This document shows, piece by piece, positions 9,151 to 19,115 of a stretch of DNA of 64,000 bases; position 1 is the first letter of the stretch; each line of letters starts with the position of its first letter. The stretch is from an uncultured delta proteobacterium (GTDB lineage: Bacteria > Desulfobacterota > RBG-13-43-22), in assembly GCA_963711835.1 (NCBI GenBank), contig CAVQFQ010000004.1, positions 384,001 through 448,000 on the forward strand. Direction: 5' to 3'. The notes below the pieces were generated by a model, which was not told the origin of the DNA, ran no database searches, and saw only the letters and a list, made by a program, of their open reading frames with translations. The position numbers and the translations under genes were made by a program.

Positions 9151-9353
9151 TTTTATGTTCTCACCGATGATCTATTTTATTAATCGCCTTAGCAAAAACC
9201 TGTAATGTCCTAAAGGTATCGTCCGTAAAATATGTTTTTTTTCTTTTTAGTAACTTACCAATTTCGATCAGCATCGGGACCCGGGAGGTTGGTGCAGGAG
9301 TTGCTTCCTTCAGCTACCATTTCCGGCATCAACAAAAACTCCAGGTCCTTGAA

Positions 9354-9896
9354 TCATTTCCTGCCATATTTGGCCCGGGGCTCCCTGGCCAAAAAACCGA
9401 TTTTCTTTCTGGGTTTAACCGGCGGGGCCATGAGCTGTCTTATCGCTTCAAAAACCACCCGGAACTGGCCATCGTATTTTTTCTCCATCTCCTCAATCTT
9501 CAGCTTTAGCTCCCCATGGGTCGCCAGGATCTCCCTCAGCCGGGTGAAGGTTCTCATAATCTGGATATTGACCATGACGGCCTGCTCGCTGTTTAGAACA
9601 CTTGAGAGCATAGCGACCCCGTTTTCGGTGAAGGCATAAGGGCGATATCTTAAACCTTTTCTATCCGATTTGGAGGTCACAAATTGTGACCTCCAATCAT
9701 TAAACTCTTCCTGGGTCAACTCAAACATGAAGTCATCGGGAAAGCGTTTTAGATTTCTTTTGACCGCCTGTTTTAAAGCCTTTGTCTCCACGCCAGATAG
9801 AACACCCAGATCACGATCAAGCATGACCTTTTTCCCTCTTAGTAGAAGGATTTTACTTTCAATAATTTCCTACGGCACTAACCCTTTTTGTTCCAT
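9354..9896 (-). pseudogene. ORF6N-domain DNA-binding protein with in-frame TAG at codon 9
   Basis: [29 protein letters not shown]...[14 protein letters not shown]...[16 protein letters not shown]; could restart at ATG 9824. Confidence 0.8.
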
Positions 9897-10033
9897 TCAT
9901 TCCCTCGACCTTATCAGGCAGACACATTGATCCCAACCCTAAACGCTCGGGAAGCCTTTTAGCCTTCCGGCTCTCGTGCCAGATCTTCTCCCCCACCCAG
10001 CGTGCCCAGGCCGGCGAGATGCGGTTTGAGCCA

Positions 10034-10369
10034 TTATTTTCTCTTCCTTTTGTTTTTTTGAACTTTTTTATCGCTTACTTCCGGGGACCGATATTGTTCT
10101 TTCGGTTCGGAAGCAAAAAACAAAGAGGATTTTTTCGTAATCAACTTCTCAATTTCCTGATCTGTAAATTTCAGTTGACGAAATACACGCTTGCAATAAA
10201 TCGGATCCAGGGTCTTCTTGCCGGTTTGGACCGGAGCTGAATGTCGCCTTCCTTCAACTACCCTGGCCTATATGGCATGATCGCTGGGTCCTTGACGAAC
10301 AAAAACAGCCCCGCCTTTTTCAAGGATCCTTACCAGTTCCTTACTGGATAAAGACGGAAACTTAGACAT
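10034..10369 (-). pseudogene. hicA: HicA-like toxin with in-frame TAG at 10268-10270
   Basis: MSKFPSLSSKELVRILEKGGAVFVRQGPSDHAI*ARVVEG...; overlaps the hicB stop; absent from the ORF track. Confidence 0.75.
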
Positions 10370-10661
10370 AGGATGGGACCTCGTGGATTTCTAACGGCTT
10401 GAGGATAAATCCTTCCTTTGGCTCTTTAACCCAGTCAGGTTCGGTATCCCTTAAAAAATCAATGAAGTCCTCAATCGGCATAGGCTCCAAAACCGTCTCC
10501 GGGTATTCTTTGAGGTCGGAGAGATATAATTCAATGGCTTCCTTCAGGTTTATCTCTACGTCGGCGAGATTATCTCCCCTGGCGGCTACATTCAGTTCCA
10601 AGCACACATCCACGTACTCCAGTTTGCTTTTACGAACAATGGCGGTAAATTTTTGGTGCAT
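10362..10661 (-). CDS. hicB: HicB-like antitoxin
   Basis: FTAIVRK...CLELNVAARGDNLADVEINLKEAIELYL; AGGAG RBS. Confidence 0.8.
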   Translation of the reverse strand: MHQKFTAIVRKSKLEYVDVCLELNVAARGDNLADVEINLKEAIELYLSDLKEYPETVLEPMPIEDFIDFLRDTEPDWVKEPKEGFILKPLEIHEVPSYV

Positions 10662-10728
10662 AATAATCTCCTAACAAACCTTGATTCCCCTTCACTCGAC
10701 GGGAGGGGGTTAGGGGGTAAAAACGGAC

Positions 10729-10804
10729 CCGGGAGGTTGGATGAAATAAAAAGGCCCTAACTTTATGATGAGAAAGGGCCTTTAAGTTTCATCCAACCTC
10801 CCGG
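10729..10804. repeat. REP-like long palindrome
   Basis: CCGGGAGGTTGGATGAAA..AAAGGCCCT / AGGGCCTTT..TTTCATCCAACCTCCCGG; a single arm GGACCCGGGAGGTTGG also at ~9277-9292. Confidence 0.75.
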
Positions 10805-11140
10805 TTTAAGGTTAAAGGGAAAATAAAAGGAACTTTAAGAAGATAGGCTTGAAATAGCATATATCAGGCCTGTTGTCAATGTAAGGAAACTGGACCTTGG
10901 TCTGCGCTGGTTGATCGAATTTAACATCGGGACATGGCCCCCTTCGCTGACCTCGGTGATTTCCACCAGGGCCTGGTGGAGGGCCCCAGGGTCAGATAAA
11001 CCAGTTCAATATCCCGGTTGGAGAGGAGCGGGAACATGGCCAGGTTTTAAAATTTTTTTCAAAAAACAAAAAAATTTTTATGAAAGAACTGCCTGGTGGG
11101 TTGGGGAGAGTATTATTGCAGAGTAAAATTTGGGGGGCGT

Positions 11141-11419
11141 TTAATAACAAATGTCGTGGGGGCCGATCTCGATAAGATAGACACTGCCGTCGTCGAGTAT
11201 TTTAAAGACCAGCCTCTCGGAATAACTTATTGAAATAGCATAATAATCACTGAGATTGCCCTTGAGTTTGTGGGTTTTCAAGCCAGGGGCGAAGATATCC
11301 TCCTTAAATAACTTCATTTTTTGCTTAAACCTTTCTCTTTGGGAGTCAGAAAGCCCGACGATATATTTCTTAAACTTTCTATCGAAGGCCGCATCGAAAA
11401 GTATAGATTTAGGCTTCAT
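11141..11419 (-). CDS. RelE/YafQ-like mRNA interferase toxin
   Basis: LKTHKLKGNLSDYYAISISYSERLVF...IEIGPHD. Confidence 0.85.
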   Translation of the reverse strand: MKPKSILFDAAFDRKFKKYIVGLSDSQRERFKQKMKLFKEDIFAPGLKTHKLKGNLSDYYAISISYSERLVFKILDDGSVYLIEIGPHDICY

Positions 11420-11422
11420 GCC

Positions 11423-11605
11423 TTACCCGATCTGTTCGATAAAATTATCCAGACTGACTTTTTTAACCTTCCCGGCTTTTAGGTTTTTTTCGGCCTCGGC
11501 TATCCGGAGCAGGAAATTTTGCCTTTTCACACTCTGATATATTTCCTTGAGGATCCTGTATTCTTCTTTAGGAACAGCCACGGTTTCATTGGCAATTGTA
11601 TCCAC
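11423..11605 (-). CDS. Putative antitoxin
   Basis: GTG start with AGGAGG RBS; RIAEAEKNLKAGKVKKVSLDNF; directly upstream of the toxin. Confidence 0.7.
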   Translation of the reverse strand: MDTIANETVAVPKEEYRILKEIYQSVKRQNFLLRIAEAEKNLKAGKVKKVSLDNFIEQIG

Positions 11606-11658
11606 ACCAACACCTCCTTTCTTCTTTTTAGATGTCTTATGGCTAACAAAATATCATA

Positions 11659-11783
11659 AAGTGACGGACACCCGCCATTTGCAAACCGTCATGTCCGGCC
11701 TGTAAAAGATCAAAGGCGTCCTGACCGTCACCCATTCCTTCGAAAAATTGGGTCTAAAAGAAAGCCCCATGCCCTTAGCGGAA
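11659..11783 (+). repeat. Direct repeat copy 2: degenerate rel 3' end
   Basis: Matches 2468-2591 with substitutions, including an in-frame AAA>TAA. Confidence 0.9.
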
Positions 11784-11795
11784 GTGTCGGATGGG

Positions 11796-13139
11796 CTAAC
11801 CCTCCAGGCCGGCAGCCTTCCCGGATAGAAACCGGGACAGCCCCGGATCCACTCCCCCAACTATTGAATGCCGTATCTCGTTTTCGAGCGTGTTCTCGAC
11901 GGCCGCCTCCTCCGTCAAAGTCAGGGCTTGGTTATAGACGATGATTTCTGCGATGTCGCCGTTAAAGACCCTTAAGGAAAAGTTTAAATTGCCGCCCACC
12001 GAGAGCCGGGACGGCTCGAGATACGTTTGCGAGCAATTGACAGACGATAGCCAGTTGGTCCCGTTCACGGCCGAGAAAAAGCGGGCCGCAGCGAATTCGT
12101 ATCCGAAGGTCAGGACCTGAAACTTAGACGAATCCAATTGTTGAAGCGGGTAGGCATATTGATTCAAGGAAGACCCGTTTTGCTGAACAACAAAATTGCG
12201 GCAATTGGCGTGATTATAATCAATGATATCCGCATAGGTGGCCTGGGTAGCCCCGGGTTTCACCACAATAAAGAGGGTATAATTATTCGCCCCCTGCAAG
12301 ATATTAACGGCGTTGGCCGTAGAGAGGACCGTATGATTGGTGCCGGTGAACCGCACGGCCGGCATATTGTTGGTGGTGGCATTGGCTATCCAGAGCGGTT
12401 GGCTCGAAAGGGCTGAATCGGACTGGACGTTGAATCCATTGCCGCTTTGATCCGCCCAAAGGCTGACGCGATCGCTGCCGTCTTTGGTAATTCCTTTATC
12501 GGCCTGGAGCCAGAAACGTATCCCGGGAGCAGGGGGACTGCCGGTAGCCTTAAAGATGACTGGTAGAAATAATCTCCAAGGTACCAGGGAGGAACCGGCA
12601 GGTATGGTGAGCAAAACGGCCTGGCTTTCTTGAGGCCGGGCCATACCGCCTGAAGTGATAATAATACTGACCGCAGGCCAGACCCCCGGACTGGCCCCGA
12701 TGACCTGACCCGTGCTATTGGGGTCAACCGCCAACATGGCTTCGATGATGTAAAGACCCGGATCGGAGCCGTCAAAAAAAAGGACCGTTTCGAATTCGCC
12801 CAGGGCGTTGCATTGGACCAGGGGGGACAAAGGAATCTGGTTGACGCTCAAGCGAACAAAGCTGTTGGCCGGAAACCCGCTGCCGTGAACCGTAAAATAA
12901 CTGCCCACCCCGCCTGAAGTATAATTGACCGTTAAATTTCTAAGGACGGGTCCGGTTACCTCGTGATCGATCAGATTGCCGGCCCGGTCATATAAATAAC
13001 GAAAGAAGATGCTGTTGCCGTATTCGACCTGGATCAAACGCCCGGCCCGGTCGTAGGTATAAGTGTTCTGAACCGTATCGCCTCGGGCAGCGGTCCAAGG
13101 CAACAATAAAACGATGATTAAGCCCATGATCGGCAGCAT
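11796..13139 (-). CDS. Secreted protein: YD repeat, Ig-like domain ending in LFLPVIFK, and LamG-like domain
   Basis: Signal peptide; YTYDRAGRL; WLQADKG..WADQSGNG..FNGDIAEIIVYNQAL; probable indels at both ends (alternative start ~13170, alternative end KTRYGIQ*). Confidence 0.7.
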   Translation of the reverse strand: MLPIMGLIIVLLLPWTAARGDTVQNTYTYDRAGRLIQVEYGNSIFFRYLYDRAGNLIDHEVTGPVLRNLTVNYTSGGVGSYFTVHGSGFPANSFVRLSVNQIPLSPLVQCNALGEFETVLFFDGSDPGLYIIEAMLAVDPNSTGQVIGASPGVWPAVSIIITSGGMARPQESQAVLLTIPAGSSLVPWRLFLPVIFKATGSPPAPGIRFWLQADKGITKDGSDRVSLWADQSGNGFNVQSDSALSSQPLWIANATTNNMPAVRFTGTNHTVLSTANAVNILQGANNYTLFIVVKPGATQATYADIIDYNHANCRNFVVQQNGSSLNQYAYPLQQLDSSKFQVLTFGYEFAAARFFSAVNGTNWLSSVNCSQTYLEPSRLSVGGNLNFSLRVFNGDIAEIIVYNQALTLTEEAAVENTLENEIRHSIVGGVDPGLSRFLSGKAAGLEG

Positions 13140-13229
13140 GACCGGAGGAGGCCTGATATCCTATTTTTCATAAAATTCTCCTTATTTTCGTCCCTGGGTC
13201 GTAGACGAGGGCTTGTAGACCGGGACATC

Positions 13230-16200
13230 CTACCTGTTAAGCAGCGTTGGATGCCAGGAACCATCACCGAAGGCCTTGGCCCGATCCAACGCATAGTTGA
13301 CAATGTGTGCGTTCGGACCCACCCCGGTGATGAGGTTTAAGCCTTTTCCGATATACTGCATCCCGGCGTTCACAGTCGATCTTATCTTTGGTGGGACGTG
13401 GCTCCACAAGTACTTTTCCTTATACTCGCCCCAGGTTGTCCACTTGTTGTCAAACGAGTCCCAGACTTTACCCTGATCCATGTACCAATCAAAGGCTATA
13501 AGTCCCATAACAAAATACCCCGCCCCTTCTACCAAGGCTGCGCCCCTTCCTCCGGTGGCCGCACCGCCTTTGACCGCTATGTCTTTCTCTATGGCTCCGA
13601 CCCCCTCTTCTGCTACTGTCTCGGTCGTCAGAACCTTTACCTGGCCCCCTTTCGGGATGATCTTTTCCAGCTCTCGCGGGTCATCGATATTATAGGGGTG
13701 GCCTTTGATCAGAGCGACTCCTGGGGGTTCCACGACCAGGACCAACGCCTTACTTTGCGAAGAGCTGTACTCGATGTTGGCGTTGAACTCCGGAAGCGCT
13801 GGCCAAGCCCGGAACTTGCTCCCTGTAAACGAGTTCGCTGGCGCGGGAAAATGCCTCTGGGTGAGTCTCTGAGACGTACGTAACGCCCTGCCGCGTTACG
13901 TTGTAGGTCGGCGAGTCAAAGACTTTACCGTTCCAGCCGTAAATGTCCTCAGTGGGTGGTTTGATGGTGATGATATCAATCGGGTCGACGACCTTTGGAT
14001 AGAAAACTCCCGAGCTCACGTCCAAGCCCCGCGGATCGGTTTTGTTTACCGGGTCGCCACCTACATAACCGTACAGATTGAGACCCGCCGACAGGCCCAA
14101 CGGGTCCTCGGTTATGAACCGCTTGGCTTCAGGGTCGTAGTAGCGCGCCTGCATGTGATAAAGACCGTTCTCGTCGGCCATCACACCATGGGTACCGATG
14201 TACTGAAAAGCGTTGACCAGACTGCCCGAGGCACCCAGCACCTTCCCATAGGGATCGTAGCCGTATGATTTCACTACAGTCTGTGAGGCATCGGTAATCG
14301 CCACGATACTGCCCCGCTCGTCACCATGGTACACCTTTGACAGCCCCCGAGCCGTCGAGGCTGTAAAGAAGCGAGCCTGCATTCTATTGTAGCTCTGGAC
14401 GTTCCCTGATCCGTCGAGGATACAATAGATCGTGCCGCCCTCGCGCACGTAACGCGCCGTCGCGGAGTTAAACGTTTTGACCAAACGGTTGCCTACGCCA
14501 TCGTAGGTGTAGGTGGTGGTGTTCGTCCCGTCGGCGACCGAGACCAGGCGGTTTAGGGCATCGTAGGTGTAGGTGGTGGTAGTACCGCCCAATTCCTTCG
14601 AAATCAGGTTGCCCCGGTCGTCGAAGGTGTAGGTCGTTAGGACGCCGTTGATGTTCGCACTAAGCATACGGTTGATCGGGTCAAAGCTGTAACTTGACTA
14701 CTGAGGGGTCGGGTTGCCGGTTACAGGTTGACTGCCCTGCACGGTGGCGATTTGGCCGGCTGATGTATAGGTATAGGTATAACTCGCAATTACAGTGGCA
14801 GCCGCCTTCTGGTTTACACGGGTAGCAACCCTTCCCGCCGTATCATAGGTGTATAAGGTGCGGGTTCCGTTGGGCAGATTGACTTGGGTTACCCGGTTCA
14901 AGGCGTCGTACTGAAAGGTCGTCTGGTTGCTTCTCCAGTCGGTGATATCCGTCAGCCTTCCGGCAGTATCGTAGGTGTAGGTCAGGGCGTTTCCGCCAGG
15001 GTAGGTGAGGGTTTTTAATCGCCCAGCCGCGGTGTACGAATAGGCCATAACCTTTCCGCTCGGGTCGGTGCGTGTGAGACGACGGCCAAGCAGGTCATAG
15101 GTCATCGTCGTCGTACCGGAGGCGTCGGTGACGATGGCCAGATTCCCCGCAGCGTCGTAGACATAGGTGATGGTCTGACCGGGCAACGCAATGCTTGTCA
15201 GTCGGCTGTCGGCGTCGTAAGCGTAAGTAATCACGGTGGCGTCACGCAAGGTCTTCTGCGTAAGCCTGCCCATTCCATCGTAGACGTAGTTCTCCGCTTT
15301 TCCATTGGGATCGGTTTTCGAAGAGAGGCGGCCGGTGTTGTCGTAGGAGAACGACCATGAATGACCGAGCGGGTCGGTGATGCCTGTCAGTCTACCAGTG
15401 TAACTATAATCGTAAGAGTATTGGACCACGCCCTGATCCGGCAGAGTTGTGGAGATGACGCGGTCCACTTTGTCGTACTGAAAAGTCTGGGTGTTGCCAA
15501 GCGGATCGGTTACGCTGATGACCCTTCCCGCCGCATCGTACAGGGTCGTCCTTGTGTTGCCGAGTGGATCGGTGGTCTGCAGAGGCCGGCCTTCCTCGTC
15601 GAATGTGGTGGTCCACGTATCGCCGTTCTCGTTTTTCACCGAGGTGACGTTGCCGTTTGAGTCGTAACCATAGTAGACATGGTGGCCGAGGGCGTCGACG
15701 ACAGCCGTGGGCCGATTCGATTTGTCGTACTGACGCATAATGGTAACACCATCAGCATCGGTGACACTCACCAGGTTGCCGTCAACATCATAAGAGTACG
15801 TTGTTATGCCGCTGAGAGCGTTCGTCACTTGCGTTGGCCGGTCAGCCCAGTCGTACGTATACGTTGCCATTGCGGCCGTCGGCACGAAGGTGCGGGTGGC
15901 CAGGTTTCCATTGTCGTCATAAGTGAGATGTGAGATATTTCCCAGGGGATCGGTGCGAGTGAGCACGTTGCCGACTTCGTCGTACGTCGTCTGGAATGTT
16001 ATGCCCGAAACAGGAAAGCTGACCTGCGTGGGCTGACCCGCCGCGTTATAAGTAAGGCTGATCTGGGCTCCGGTCGGATCGGTCATTGTCTGTGGCAGTC
16101 CGTTGGCATTGTAGGCAAAACTCCAGTTCTTGCCGTTAAAGTCTAATATTGTCGTAGGTTGACCGCTGGGGTTTACCGAGATGCTCTGACCAGATCCAAG

Positions 16201-18348
16201 GGCGTTTTGCATGGAGGTGAGGTTGCCGTTGGCATCGTACCCGAAGGTGGCAGTGGTATATCCGAGGGGACCTGTTATCGATGTAGGTCGGTTTTGCGCG
16301 TTGAAGGAAAACTGTGCCATGGCGCCGGACCGGTCGCTCGCTAGGTTCGGGTTGTTGTTGGCGTCATAGAGCATCTGCACATTCCCGCCATTCTTGTCGG
16401 TCATGCTGACCAACCGACCCTGGGAGTCTGTGGTAGAGTTGGCCTGGCGTCCTTCGCCATCGGTTACACTCGTCAGGTTGTATGCCAAATCGTAAGTATG
16501 CGTGATAGTGTTTCCGGAAGGCAGAGTGACCTGGGTGGTTGTACCATTCGCATCAACAGTGTACTGGTAGCTTGTAATGTTTCCGGCGCCATCCATTTGC
16601 TGTGTTACACGGCCGGAGGCATCATAGCTGTTGGTCAAGGTTGTCACGCCCTTTGCGTTAACCACGGTAAGAATACGGTGTGAGCTGTCGTAGCCAAAGC
16701 CCCAGGTCTTGCCACGAGGGTCCACGATGCCTGTAAGATTACCCAAGCCGTCGTACTGGAATGAAACCGTGTTGCCAGGCTTTAACGGCGATGTAATCGC
16801 TGTGAGATGCCCGGAAACGTCGTAGGTAAAAATGATCTGCCTCCCTGCAGTGTCGGTGATGTAATCGATCTGGTTCGGTGTTGTCGTTGAATACGTAAAT
16901 GCAATCTGGTTGCCGTTCAGGTCTGAGATAGCCAGCAGTCTGCCGCTTGAGTCGAACTGATAAGCGGTCTTGTCATAGAGTGTGGCCAAGTAGTGGCTTG
17001 GGTCGGGCATGGTGAGTATGACCGGCGTGTTGCAGTTGATAGGTGTAAAATTACCTGAGCCATCGCCGTGGAAGGTCTCTTCATGCCCGTCGCCCCACTT
17101 GATGGTTACGTCGGTGGAGGGTGGCGTTGGCAGCGTGAGCCTGATGTTGTAAGTGTGGGTCCAACCGTACCCCAGGGGGCCGTTGTAAATAGTGTCTAAG
17201 GAGTTATAGTTGGTTGAGAAGGTAAAAGGCAGGAGTCTGCCGGGAAAGCTGAACAGAGGCTTGGAGGTAACATAGTTCCCGAGACCGGCATGCACCGGCT
17301 CTGCGATGAGCGACCTGCCGTCACCATTGCCGAAGTTGCTATTTCGGTTCACGGGCGTGGTGGTAGGCTGGGTGAACGTGACAGTGGCCTGGTTCACCGC
17401 CGTAGCGATTGACGCCGTCACCAGGTCCACTCCCGTCGACCGGGCGAGGCGATCGTGGCTGAGGCAATCCCACTCGAGTCCGTCTGTGCCGAGACCGGGG
17501 TAAGGTGCCGAACTGCGGAGTAAAGTTTACGCCAGACGCCCGACAGGTTGACGCCGGAGTTCTGCTCGAAGACGCGGAGCCGTTAGCGTGCTGGGTGCCG
17601 TCCGCGGGTACACTGGGCGGTACGGGTGTGAACGTCAACACCTCGGTGCCGCCAAATTTGTAGTAGTCATCCGCATCATTGCAAAAACCAATCCCACCGA
17701 CCATGCCGCGGAACGTCGCATTCTCAGTGCTCCGGTAGTCGTGTTGCTTGGGCACGTTGCCCTAAGCGTGACCGTGAAGCTCTGCCCTCGCTTGAACACG
17801 CCCTCCGGCACCATGGTACACGCGCTCAAGTCGGAACATTGGCCCTCTCCGCATGACTCGCAGTAGCAGTGGTCGTTGAGCCGCGGAGATGCAGGCGGTG
17901 TGCTTGTGCCTGCGGTCCAGGCGACGTCACCAGGACTAGGACCGGCACCATGATGGGCATCCGCTTTCGGGCTGTAGTCAAGTAAAGTGAAGCATCCGGA
18001 TGGATAATAGATCGCTACGCCGTCAGTCCCCTGCGCCCTCCATGCGGCGTAGGCGCAGATCCACCCCTGCGCCGGGGCCGAATTAGGCAGGATGGTTGCT
18101 GTGATCGTCACCGTGTCGCCGAGGTTGATTATCTTTGGGCTGATGTTCAGCGTGCCCCAATCCCCCCAAAATAATGCGTTTTGACTGCCCGGCGCCGGGT
18201 CAAGGGCAAAACTATTAGGGCAAGATAAGGCCATCGCTATGGATAGAACTGCTATGGCCGTCAGAATCTTCACTGGAAAAGACCGATGCTTTCTGAAGCC
18301 CTCTTTTTGTGAAGCATTGGTCCTGATCCGATATTTCTGTCTCTCCAT
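13230..18348 (-). pseudogene. Rhs/YD-repeat protein with signal peptide, DUF6531-like domain, Rhs core and C-terminal tip; interrupted
   Basis: Joins ORFs 17635-18348, 17339-17755, 14698-17430, 13750-14667 and 13230-13745; LGYGWTH, many YDxxGRL repeats, ARYYDPEAKRFITEDP..NLYGYVGGDPVNKTDPRGL; frameshifts plus one in-frame TAG at 14698-14700. Confidence 0.85.
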
Positions 18349-18433
18349 AAACCTAACCCCTCCCCTTCTAAAGCTGCCCCGTAAAAGATCCCATAGTTTA
18401 TCAGAATACTACTACTTAACGCCAAGAATTGTA

Positions 18434-18462
18434 ATTATATTTTTGGTGTTCTTTGTTGTCAA
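18434..18462 (-). promoter_or_regulatory. Consensus sigma-70 promoter upstream of the Rhs gene
   Basis: TTGACA-17 nt-TATAAT on minus strand. Confidence 0.75.
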
Positions 18463-18536
18463 GCGGATATTCCGGAATGGTTGGATTAGGGAGACAGCGC
18501 ATGGTTGGAGTCGTTTATCAGATCCGGACAAGACCA

Positions 18537-18581
18537 AAGAAAAAAACCCCATGCCGGAGGAGACACAGGGTTTTTTTCTTT
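18537..18581. terminator. Bidirectional intrinsic terminator-like hairpin
   Basis: AAAGAAAAAAACCC...GGGTTTTTTTCTTT downstream of rpmB. Confidence 0.55.
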
Positions 18582-18818
18582 AAAGGCCGTAGAATGCCTC
18601 GGATTCAGGCGGCTGCCGATGGCTCAGGAAGAATAGTCTCAAAATTCTGCCTGGACCATAAACAATAATCCAAATCCAATAAATAGGGTCTGATGAATTT
18701 CTTTCAGCAATCGAACAAAGAGGATACCTGGTGCAGGGGTTTCCAATTCGAGGATGCCCCCCACATTCAGTTCCGAAGGTGACCGCTGTGAATTTAGGCA
18801 GGTGCTGCCAAAATTATG

Positions 18819-19010
18819 TTATAAAGCCCGGGTTACTTTCCCGGACCGCAGGCAGCGGGTGCAGACGTTGATGTGTTTGATTGACCCCTGATGGACGGCC
18901 TTAACCCGTTGCAGATTGGGACGCCAGCGTTTAAAAGTCTTATTGTTGGCGTGGCTGACGTTGTGTCCTATTTGGTGTCCTTTGCCGCAGACGGCGCATA
19001 TCTGAGCCAT
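18819..19010 (-). CDS. rpmB: 50S ribosomal protein L28
   Basis: [34 protein letters not shown]...VCTRCLRSG. Confidence 0.95.
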   Translation of the reverse strand: MAQICAVCGKGHQIGHNVSHANNKTFKRWRPNLQRVKAVHQGSIKHINVCTRCLRSGKVTRAL

Positions 19011-19115
19011 ACGTTGTTCCTTTCTTTCAAAAACAATCTTTTTCACCGCCGAATCGCAGAGAAGGCCAGGAATGGTCTTCCTGGGACTTTTCGCGTCGTT
19101 GGAATACAATCTAAA

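Noticed and set aside
18600-18815. Small ORF or RNA gene downstream of rpmB
   Set aside because: No convincing RBS, motif or tRNA-like fold.
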